The position numbers were made by a program, and so were the translations under genes. From Octopus vulgaris (taxonomy: Eukaryota), in assembly GCA_951406725.2 (NCBI GenBank), contig OX597816.1, positions 170,066,001 through 170,130,000 of the forward strand: a stretch of DNA of 64,000 nucleotides, read 5' to 3'. Each line of letters begins with the position of its first letter. The stretch's first letter is position 1. Below, piece by piece: positions 53,230 through 64,000 of this stretch. The notes beneath the pieces are model-generated. The model saw nothing but the letters and a program-made list of their open reading frames with translations. It searched no databases and was not told the origin of the DNA.

Positions 53230-53699
53230 ATATGTTCTTTACGCATTCGAAAACTGAATTACCGATTTTGACGTATAGGGTGTCAAATGATTCAGTAATC
53301 TTTCGGCTTTCAAATAACTTCATTTTCATTTACATATTTCCTTCGTTAGGTTAGGAACCAGCTATAGTTACTTGAAATACACTGCTATACAACAACCAAG
53401 TTTTAATAGGAAGTGAAAATATTTTCACATTTTCAATTTGAACCAAAATTACCAAGTGTTCCATTACGAAAGTGACGATGTGTGAATAATGAAAGTAATG
53501 TTTCTCCAAATTAGTCACACTTGTACTATAAAAAAAGAAAGCTGCTTATCATATATTTACCAAATAACTCCTTTTTACTACTAAAATAACTTCGGAAACG
53601 AGGTCGGGTTGCACAATTTTGAGGTCATTTTCGGGCAATATTTCGATTTGTTTCTTATGTTTCACTTTCGTCCTATGTGACAAACTAATTTGTAATATA

Positions 53700-54720
53700 A
53701 GCAATGATTCAGGTTCAATAGAAGTGTTGTGCCAATGCCACATTATCAATTGGGATGAATGCACCATGTCACATAGAGGTGGAATGGAAGCTCTTGGCAA
53801 GAATTTTCAAGACATCAAGAGCAACAATAAATTTGTGGGAGGAGTTACATTACTTTTATCAGGAGATTACAGGCAGACATTACCAGTCATTCTGTGACGA
53901 ACAAGATCACACCTATAAAATAAAGTACTGAAAATTTCCTTTAATACTAACGTACAAGCTTAATTACATGGGCACCAATGTGCACAACAGTTTTCAACTT
54001 GGCTCCTCCAATTAGGAAATGGGAAAGTACCATTTGATGGGAATGGGGATATTAGTTTGGGTCATATTGATATCATGGTGAATTCCCCAACTGAATTGAA
54101 GGACAGGGTATTGCCAGACTTAAGTAATAATTATAATTCACATAAATGGTTGTGTGAAAGGGCAATTCTTACTCCAAAAAATGAGACAGTAGCAAGAATT
54201 AACCATGAATTCATGAATAAGATTCCAACAGTCATTAAGAAGTGCAAATCAGTTGATTCAGTCCTTGATGAAAATGAAGCTGTACATTACACAACAGAGT
54301 TCCTTAATTCTTTTGAGCCACCTGGAATCCCTCCACATAAACTTTTTCTGAAGGTAGGAGTCCCAATAATGCTTCTAAGAAATTTAGATCCTCCTAAATT
54401 ATGCAATAGAAGTAGGCTGAGTGCAAAAGTATTATCACCTAATGTGACTGAAGCTACCATCATCACTGGATGTGTCTTTGGGGAAGAGATTTTCGTCCCA
54501 AGAATTCCGATCAAACCAACAGACATGCCCTTTGAGTTCAAATGATCACAATTCCCAGTGTGACTTAGCTATGCAATATCTATTAATAAAGCTCAAGGTC
54601 AGTCTTTGAAATCTACTAGCTTGCTTTTCTCAGGAACAACTTTGTTGGTTGCTCCAGGGTAAGGTATTTTGCAAGACTTATTTGTCTATGCTCCAAACCA
54701 GAAAACAAAGAATGTTGTTT
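53700..54720 (+). pseudogene. Helitron PIF1-type helicase remnant
   Basis: IINWDECTM, GDYRQTLPV, ERAILTPKN, PPHKLFLKVGVPIMLLRNL, QFPV*LSYAISINKAQGQSL, with stops and frameshifts. Confidence 0.93.
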
Positions 54721-54806
54721 CCTTCAACATATGTGGTTGAATTTTTCTCCTTTCATAAAAGTGGTAAATTTTGTAGTTTCGTTTATTATTATTATTATTA
54801 TTATTA

Positions 54807-54899
<93 letters not shown>

Positions 54900-54901
<2 letters not shown>

Positions 54902-55395
54902 GAATAAAATATGGTCCGTTGTCTTCTGCTGGACCAGGGCCATCCCTTGACCCTCATCAGGTCCTCATCTCATGGAGAGTACACGGTGCAAAATGTATGC
55001 GGAACCTAGCAACACTATTGTCTGAAGTTCTCCCACGTTAACACTGCAAGGGAGTTTGTTGAGCTGCTTATCAAGGCCCTTTTTTATTAGCTCTAACGCT
55101 CCAATCACCTTTCTAGTGCTGTGCTGCTTTTCATTTCCAAACATCTTTGTCACTTCTATTTCTAGGTCTTTGTCCTTAAATAACTTCTCAACGTCTTTCA
55201 TGGAAACATTTCTCACTGATGGTACTGTGACATCTATCATTCAGCATTTCTTATTCTTCCAATCTTTGATGATTATGTTCGGACTGTTTGCCTTGAATTC
55301 TTTATCGGTGTTGATTGGCATATCCCAGAGTACTATTACATCATATTTTCCGGTCACAGTTTCAGGTTTATGCTGGTACCATCTTTCTGAAGTTG
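54900..55395 (-). mobile_element. R4/Dong-type LINE 3' end with (TAA)n tail
   Basis: WDMPINTDKEFKANSPNIII, IDVTVPS, DLEIEV, VIGALE, VLLGSAYILHRVL; abuts (TTA)n at 54783-54900. Confidence 0.9.
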
Positions 55396-55399
55396 GTCA

Positions 55400-56270
55400 A
55401 AATCAACTCGGATCGTCTGCTAGTTTCTGTCATTTTTGTGGCGTTTTCACTGATTTAGTTTGTTTCAGATTATTGAGGATTTCCTCGGTTACCAAGTAAG
55501 AATTGCCAAATTTATTTTTGAGAATAGTAAATGCTTGTTGTGATCCCGCATCACCACCGATTAAGAGACAGCCCCTGATGGCATCTCTCGAGGAAACTTG
55601 TGTAAACTGGAATTAAACTTGTCAGTTTGAAATCATTATCAGTATAAATCGAATCAACGTTGATTTGAAACGATTTAATAAATTGATGGTACATGAGCAG
55701 TCGCCCTTAAAGGTTTCCAACTCTACTTCTGGCATTTGTAAGTTTGCAAGCAATTCTTTGACTTCAACATGGGGTTTTCAACCACACTTTGTAAAGTGTT
55801 GGGCTTCACGTTTTTGAATGCATTTTTTACCGTGTATAAAATATTTACATATTCAGTTTGCACACTGTAGAAATAGGTTTCACTTTCGTCAACTTCATCA
55901 TCATCTAGTGTTACATGAAAGGCGTTATGAGCCTCAGTGAATCTTTTGAATAGGTGTTTTATTCTTTTTCTTGCTCGTCAAGAGCATCTAAGTTGCCTTC
56001 TGCAATGCACTGTTTCACGCAATTTATTTCATATGTCAGGGCTCTCTTACACAATGTCCTTTCATTTTTGAGATCCGCTACTATAGAGCTTATATTATTC
56101 AGATGAATCACTTGAACAGCTTTACTTTTCAACTCCTTTTCAATGACTTGGGAGTCTTATGCAAAGTTTTTTTCTACTGTTGCTGCTTCGTGAAGAAATC
56201 TAGGCAAGCTGGGTCACAATCACCACTGTGATAACAAAGACGAACAATGGTTTTAATTTTTTGGAGCCAT
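55400..56270 (-). mobile_element. BEL/Pao LTR retrotransposon gag relic
   Basis: MPEVELETFKGD..FIKSFQINVD..RDAIRGCLL..AFTILKNKFGNSYLV, resembling the DUF1759 gag of BEL/Pao. Confidence 0.72.
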
Positions 56271-57823
56271 TTATTTCCTACTTGTACTTAACATCGTACA
56301 GGTATACCGCATGTATATACAAATGTATGACAAGTGTACGGTAGAGTACAAAATAAGAAAAATACTAAATAAGACAAACTTAAATACAAAAATTATTTGA
56401 ACAGGGCTTTACTGATATTTGACTTCCTGGTATACAACTTTCTTGTTACAAAGTTTGGTTACAAAATACATACAATATGTTTGAATGACTGAGACACGAG
56501 GGCGAAAAGTACTGAATGAGGAAAAATATTTTGGATGTACTGAAACTCTTTCACCCATGGATATACAAATATCTACACATCATTATATGCCTCAGGTTAA
56601 TGTAAGGAAAACAACTAAATATATTTAAATTATCTTACAAAATCTTTGTCGGCTCATCATTCTAGAAGTAGCAGAAAATTGGTCACACTGGTACAAAGGC
56701 ATGCTCGCAGTAACATGAAATGACCAAAGAAGAAGAACATTTAGGGATAACAGCGGGCTTTCTGAGATACAGACAGACACAAAAGGGACCCCGTCTCTTT
56801 TTCTAAAAACAAAACAGCCTCAATCCCAGATACAAACCGACAAGTTGTGAAAACTAATACTAATTAGTAATACAGTAGACTTATCGTTGGAGATAACAAT
56901 ATGTGCTTGTGTTTTTGTCTGTTGTAATATAAACAATATCAGTCTTACATAAAACAGTGCATCCACGTTTCTTGCGTCTAAGTATTCCTGTATAAGAATG
57001 TTTATAAATATGTCAAATCATTTTACTTATATGAATGTGTGGATGTATGCTTGTATGTATGCAAGTATGAATGTATGCATGTATTAAGGCACATCTGTAT
57101 GTATGCATGCATGTATGTATGTAAGTATGTATGTATTTATTTATAAACGCATTATATGTCTTTATGTGCCTTCATTTTACTTTTCAATGATTTTCTGCAT
57201 TGACGATTACTGATATCTAAATTATTGATACCTTACAAGAAATTCAATACTAATTGATAGTGCAATCATATGTACCTGATTATCATATGTCTTTCATTTT
57301 AATCCTACAGAAACATATTAAGAGTGTATTATAGCATAAAATATTCTGTCACTTTCGTGACTTTCTTTCCAGCCGGATGTACTCGCTATCTTTATCTCCA
57401 CGGGGTGTACACAAAATCTCTCCCTTACGTATTATCACAAAGAGTTATTGCTATACAGCACGCCTGGTTTGTTTTCTTTCCTACTTTGGAAGTCATATGC
57501 TATACTTTCCTTAACACTCTTGTATATCTAGTATGCACATATTTTCAAATGGGAAAGATGTTAATGTTAAAGAGACGAGTTTATATGTAGGAGCCGGATC
57601 AAATATTTACATAATTGGAGAGCGAGGTACTTAGATTTCCATGCTGTTCCTAATGACATTAATAGCTTAATGGAAGTGTATAAAATTCCCCATGAGACTG
57701 AAGCCATTTCAACTACAGATTTCACTCATGGCAAAATTTGATTCAAGAAAACAATTAGAGATTTAGGAAAATTTAGATATTTAATGAATCTCTTGAAATT
57801 ACACACACACACACACACACATT

Positions 57824-57857
<34 letters not shown>

Positions 57858-58265
57858 TATGTATGTATGTATGTACATACATGCATGTATGTATGCTATA
57901 TTAAATATATTATAAAACGTTATGCATATTAGGTCTATAGTTGAATATATGTATTATTACAAGTGAATTGATTTGCCTAACTTGATTCGCATTTCTATAT
58001 TCATCTAATGCCTCAAGTTCGAATATTTTGAGCACTTCAAAGCGCAGTCTATACATTAGGGAAAAAATCTTTTTTTCTGAAATACAACACATAAAACACC
58101 TAAAGGTATATCATTCTTCTAATCCTCTAAAGATATTTTGCTTAATATAATGATCTTAATAATTGCTATTTAATTTTTTAGGCTTAAGTGAAACAGCTGT
58201 AAGAGAGTATGTTTGATTTTTGCAGATAATAAATTTCATTAAATGTTACATCTCCATTTTGTTAC

Positions 58266-58311
<46 letters not shown>

Positions 58312-58313
<2 letters not shown>

Positions 58314-58752
58314 TCTTTTTACTCTTTTTACTCTTTTTACTCTTTTACTTGTTTCAGTCATTTGACTGCGGCCATGCTGGAGCACCGCCTTTAGACGAGC
58401 AAATCGATCCCGGGACTTATTCTTTGTAAGCCCAGTACTTATTCTTTCGGTCTGTTTTGCCGAACCGCTACATTACGGGGACGTAAACACACCAGTATCG
58501 GTTGTCAAGCAATGCTAGGGGGACAAACACAGACACACAAACTCACACACACACACATACATATATATGTATATATATATATACATATATACGACAGGCT
58601 TCTTTCAGTTTCCGTCTACCAAATCCACTCACAAGGCATTGGTCGGCTCGGGGCTATAGCAGAAGACACTTGCCCAAGATGCCACGCAGTGGGACTGAAC
58701 CCGGAACCATGTGGTTGGTTAGCAAGCTACTTACCACATAGCCACTCCTGCG

Positions 58753-58754
<2 letters not shown>
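58312..58754 (-). mobile_element. SINE family A, full length, with an expanded (TAAAAAGAG)n tail
   Basis: Near-identical to the 30301 copy. Confidence 0.93.
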
Positions 58755-58803
<49 letters not shown>

Positions 58804-58896
58804 GAAATATGTTACGAAAAGAAAATATAAAATACATACATATATATATATATTTATATTTATATTTATATATATATTTATATCTATATATATATA

Positions 58897-60178
58897 TTGG
58901 GTTGTCCGGAATGTTCGTGCCGATTTTTGAAGAAAAGAAAAAGGTCAATAAGTATTTGCCATTATATTTTAATCAACCAAATATAAACCATTTTGTTGCA
59001 CAATGCATCTCCATCCTACCCTTAACTTGAAAATACCTACTTCCCAGAATTGAGATGGTTTCATGGCAAATAATTCATCAAGATATCTTTTTACGTCATC
59101 CAAGGAAATGAAAGTTTTACCATTAAGACTATAGTGCAGAGACCTGAATAAGTGGAAATCCAAAGGAGCAATACCCGGTGAATATGAAGGGTGTAGTACC
59201 ACATCCCAGCCGAGCTGCAGCAATTTTTGTCTGGTTCCCAAAGAAACCTGCGGTCTTGCATTATCATATTGGAAAACAACACCCTTCCTGTTGGCCAATT
59301 CTGGACATTTCTCTTGAATTACTGCTTTTAACTCATCCAGTTGTGTGCAGTATTTTTCAGAATTAATTGTCTGGTTACTTGGGAGAAGCTCATCGCACAG
59401 AATTCCTTTGCAATCCCACCAGACACAAAGCAACACGTTTTTTAGGGTGAAGACCCGCTTTTGGGATGGCTAAGGGTGGCTCATGTCGCTTAGTCCAGGA
59501 TCGCTTTCTCTGAAAATTTCGGTAGATAATCCATTTCTCATCACCTGTCACAATTTATTAAAAAAGACACGTTTTCATTCCATTTATAAAGCGAATCACA
59601 GATGGAAATGCGATCCAAAAGTTTCTTCTCAATCAAATCATGTGGTACCCAAACATCGTAGCGATTTGTGTACCCTAGCGTTACCAGGTGCTCATGAACG
59701 ACGGATTTTGATAGGTTGAGGCTTTCTGCCAATTCTCGGGTTGTGCAATGCGGGTTATTCTCAATTAATGACTTGATTTGGTCATCATCTCTAGTGGATG
59801 ATCTGCCTGATCACTCTTTATAAATAAGGCTACAATCTCCAGCCCGGAACCTTGCGAACCACTTCCGTACAGTTCTTTCGGATAAGGAAATATCACCGTA
59901 AACTGTGCATATTTCTTTGGTTGCTTGTGAGGCATTTTCCCCTTACGGAAAAAAATAAAGTATCTAGTGCCGAAAATGAACTTTCATATCTTCCATTTTA
60001 AAGGGTTCCAGAATTAACATAGGTTGTAGGAACATAAATCTTCTTCTACGAACAGATAGTTTAAACTGTGCTATAAATGGAGGTGAAGTCATATCCTATC
60101 TTATGGACTCAACCATGTTCTAAAATAAATCGAAAGGTAAGCTACTATAAATCGGCACGAACTTTCCAGACACCCCAA
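58897..60178 (-). mobile_element. Full-length (about 1.28 kb) mariner with a disrupted D,D34D-type transposase
   Basis: TIRs ttgggttgtccggaatgttcgtgccgattt / aaatcggcacgaactttccagacaccccaa; WVPHDL, TGDEKW, YDNARP, YSPGIAPLDFHLF. Confidence 0.95.
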
Positions 60179-60205
60179 CACACATACACACACACACACA
60201 CACAT

Positions 60206-60283
<78 letters not shown>

Positions 60284-61045
60284 TCAGGGTGCGATGTGTA
60301 ACTTGGTGCTATTTTATAATTTTTAATCTCAAGCATACGCATTGTTTTTTTTAGAATTTTTCGACTATACAGTATTGTAGGGTCAGTTGGGCACCGTCTG
60401 CGAGAAAAGCAGCATCATGACGCAGTTCACTCTGACAGAAATTTAGAAACGACATGCAGTACTATTTGGCATTCGCGTCGGAAACTCCAATAAGAATTTT
60501 TCAGAATGTTTCGGTGTCAATCTGAGTACAGTGCAGAGGAGTCGAAAGAGTTGGACGAGTCTAATGATGATTACGAAGGTACGGCAGTTCGGAAAACTCA
60601 CACTGATCGTTCTGATAAGAAAAGAACTCCTGAATTTGTTGGTGAGACCCAGGACATGATTGACAATGATCCCACCAAGTCCATCAGGTCTAGGCCAGGG
60701 ACATGGGAGTTTCTTATTAGGCAGGTAGTGCAGGAAGACATTCGGCATTCTTCTTACGAGATGAGAAAGGGCCAAGTGATATCAAATGCCATCAAGGACA
60801 ATAGGACAGACCGCGCTTCGAAGCTTTTGAACAAACTCAATCATCCCCTTGAGTTTGTTCAGGCTTTGGGTTTTCTCACACGCGAACAATTCTGCTAGAT
60901 GGTGAACACACAGAACAAGCGTTGGCCTGCCATATCCCAAAACATGTACTGAGCGTGATAAAAACGAAACATCCAGTCAACATCATGGTGTTTGGTGTGA
61001 TCACTAGTGATGGCGACGTTATAATGCCTCCATTCATCTTCCCAC

Positions 61046-61046
<1 letters not shown>
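60284..61046 (+). mobile_element. Tc1/mariner-superfamily element (DD37D/maT-like), 5' part truncated by (TA)n
   Basis: CAGGGTG start; [36 protein letters not shown]. Confidence 0.78.
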
Positions 61047-61131
<85 letters not shown>

Positions 61132-61152
61132 ATATATATATATATATATATA

Positions 61153-61543
61153 TCTTTATATATAAAAGTGAGGTTGTGTGATGTCTGTCTCCTACGATTT
61201 AGATTCCTAACTACTCCCACATTTTGCGGTGCAGTTTAACCAAAACCGAGTATCTTATAGACGTGATTCATATTGAGCCCGTCTGGGTATTAGCGCGCGT
61301 CTACGATGAGTCTACGATTTAAAAAAAATACCATCAATTTTTTCCCATTTTTAATGCATTTTTGGCATATATAAGGGAAGTAACTCTCTAAAAATTTATT
61401 ATTAAATCTCAGAACTTAAAAAGCTACAGTAACACCCCCCTTTGTGGTTAGCCATATTGAGATGGCTATTATACTTTATCTCTAAAAATGCTTATATAGT
61501 TATTTCCCTTACAAACCCGAGCAATGCCGGGCGATACTGCTAG
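61153..61543 (+). mobile_element. Non-autonomous Helitron (about 390 bp) inside (TA)n
   Basis: A|TC start, CCCGAGCAATGCCGGG hairpin, CTAG|T end; matches the 38051 copy. Confidence 0.92.
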
Positions 61544-61558
61544 TATATATATATATAT

Positions 61559-62220
61559 AACAATACTTAAGGGTTTAGCAACAAGTTGCTTAACCACATA
61601 CCGAAAAATTTAGAAATAGCAGCCAAAAGACCGTTATTTCTTTTCGCTACAAAATATGACTTCATAGATAAACCCTCTCTGTAACTCACACACGCAAAAA
61701 AGAAGGAAAATATTTAAATCAAACAGTCTTCGGTTAATTATAGACGCGTTTCTGGATTAGAATTATAAAACTCATTTCCTTATCAACATAATATTCCGAT
61801 AGTTATAAATTAGAAAATGCTAGAAAAATTACCCTTTGCATTTCTGATCAAGCGACATCAGAACATCACACAAGGCAGTTAGCATATCCGAATTTATATA
61901 GACCAGTGAAATTCATATTTCCCCCAGTATTTTACCACGTGCGTCACGAGACAGTACTGCAGAAAATAGATCCGCAGCTTTTTTTTTTATCAGGGAGTAA
62001 AATAATCATTATATATATATATATAGGGTAAAAAAAAATTAAGTTTTCGGTATGTGGTTTAGCAACTTGTTGCTAAACCCTTAATTATTGCTATAATTAT
62101 ATATAAAACTTCTTGTACAATGTTTTTACCGAATATGGTTCCTTTCCATACCGAAACTACTTGGTGAAATTTATTAATTATAGATTACTAATTTTTTTTA
62201 CCCTATATCTATAATGATTA
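61559..62220 (-). mobile_element. Non-coding Penelope-like element with nested inverted repeats and a degenerate hammerhead
   Basis: 61559-61611 is inverted at about 62038-62090; 62003-62040 is inverted at about 62190-62220; hammerhead-like fold at 61737-61792. Confidence 0.65.
61737..61792 (-). ncRNA. Degenerate type I hammerhead ribozyme (Penelope-type)
   Basis: ATTATG-TTGATAA-GGA...TCC-AGAAACGCGTC-TATAAT: stem I pairs, GGA/TCC closes stem II, palindromic stem III; core has two substitutions relative to CUGAUGA. Confidence 0.55.
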
Positions 62221-63410
62221 TATATATACATATATATATATATAAAGAACATGTTGGGTTTAGTTCACTTGTGATCTAAATAAATAGGTACGCTAGGTAA
62301 GGGCTATAGTTGGATGACCGTTAAGTTCCAAGAACACAGCTAAGGCTGGATCTAGGGAGCCATGTTAGGATTCAGTTATAACAGGCTCTGCCTTGGTTTT
62401 GATTTTCCTCTAATATAATATGTGTGTCTGTATGTGTGTGTGTGTGTGTGTGGGGGTATGTGTGTGTGTACATGTTGTGCACGAATGTTTGTGGCTAACG
62501 AGATTAAAGTTACCTGCGACATTAGCACTTTGATCTGAATTTACTAAGATATTCTCACGCTTGTGAAATAATTCATTATTCGTTATGAATATAGAAGATA
62601 TTCGAAAAGATATGCTTAATCATCAAGTTTAATGTACACGATGTTAATCCTAAAACTAACAATACTTTGATATTCAATGGTGTGTAACAACATGAGGTAA
62701 TTCGCCAGGTGGGCTTCATGCAGATTACATGGTTATCATTTTCCGCTCTTCTACCGTCTTCAATCTGGCCGTGCTATTTCCAGTTTCTTTCCGCTCCTAC
62801 CAATCCTTTCCTTCAAGCACTCCCGTATCATCTGCAGCATCCTTGTCCATATTTTTTTCTTTCCAACACCTTACCCACTTCTGAATAACTTCCGTACACC
62901 CGCTCCTGCTGTCGTACCTGCACTTTCCTCTCTAATCGCACATAACTTGCACTTCCCTTTCCCTTACCACACGAAACCACCACATTTTCCATTTCCACTA
63001 AGCATTTTATGCATTCTATTTTTCCCACTGCAACCTTTTCTGTATCTGGTAATCACGACACCGACTGGTTGATGGATTCGAAGAACACTGGACAGACATC
63101 CAATGGGGCAACAAGTATCCTGCCTCACGACATTTCACCTGAAACTTTTCGGTCTTTGCATGTCACCTACACCAAGTCTCTTCTACCATAGCCCTGGACC
63201 TACTAAGCTTCGTGCGTGGATGTGGTGGACGGAAACTGAGGTGCCCATCGCATATATGCATATATATATATATCAAAAGAAAAACAGGATGCAAAGGATT
63301 TAGCGGCACATATGTTTCTGGCTTTATTGGACTGTTTATATCAATGCATAATTGATGTAACATGTATGTCAATAGCCTTCCTCAGCCGCGTACAATTACC
63401 ACACCAAGGG

Positions 63411-63479
<69 letters not shown>

Positions 63480-63880
63480 GTATCCGTGATAGAAAAATTC
63501 AACAAAAAGAGCACTCCATTTGGCGAGAGATAAATGTTATTATTTAAAGGTCACAATACATGTATCGAAGTGCTAATAGTAGTGTCATAGGTCGAGAGAA
63601 CTCGAACATATTCTTCAGGCATAAAACACATATCATAATGAACTAAAAAATTGCATAAATGGAAGAAACGCGATGAAGCTGAGAAGGCCGCATATAGAAA
63701 ACGCAGACAGTAAACAACGGAAAACGAAAAGCGGAAAACGAGACTTGAATGTCAAAAAGTAAAAAGTGCTATCCTCCTTAGGCCCGTAACTGATAAGGCT
63801 GGAAAGATATCAAATCAGTGAAGAATAGGCAAAATTTTCCAATTCTTCAGAATATATTTATACATATGCATGCAACCACT
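63480..63880 (-). mobile_element. Possible Penelope-like terminal repeat
   Basis: (TA)n-flanked; CTGAAGA...CGATACATGTA hammerhead-like relic at about 63555-63620. Confidence 0.35.
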
Positions 63881-64000
63881 GAAAATCTCTGACCTGGAGT
63901 TCAAATAAAGAGTTAGGTATCATATATCTGAAGAGGGCTTGCGCTCTTTCAGCTAAACAAAGTCTTCATTTATTCGATGTATTTACATAGGGACAAAAAT

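Noticed and set aside
54057-54545. Functional host PIF1 helicase gene
   Set aside because: Intronless, with stops and frameshifts on both sides and Helitron-type motifs.
56742-56756. TAGGGATAACAGCG matching the LSU rRNA / I-SceI-site motif
   Set aside because: An isolated 14-mer with no flanking rRNA similarity; probably chance.

Overview
AT-rich, microsatellite-saturated eukaryotic DNA. The tRNA-derived SINE families and the (TA)n/(TTA)n/(CATA)n load point to an octopus genome (inference). I found no intact, recognisable host gene and no prokaryotic features; nearly all long ORFs in the track are simple-repeat translations. The window is mostly decayed transposons: at least four SINE families, about eight R4/Dong-type or related restriction-like-endonuclease (RLE) LINE remnants tied to (TAA)n arrays, RTE, L1/Tx1 and HERO-like LINE pieces, Penelope-like elements, mariner/Tc1/DD37D-like transposons, Helitron Rep and helicase relics, two short non-autonomous Helitrons, a BEL/Pao gag relic and a TTAGGG-containing MITE. 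Best leads: (1) two short candidate exons at 13.3-13.8 kb that splice into a signal peptide, with scattered phase-1 Cys-containing candidate exons downstream (possible unannotated secreted-peptide gene, speculative); (2) a (TAA)n-restricted ~560-bp non-coding element that may be a non-autonomous partner of R4/Dong; (3) degenerate Penelope-type minimal hammerhead ribozymes in non-coding inverted-repeat elements; (4) a 78-bp fold-back and ~100-bp duplications spanning TE/flank junctions. Coordinates were read by eye; element edges are approximate unless a TSD or TIR is quoted.
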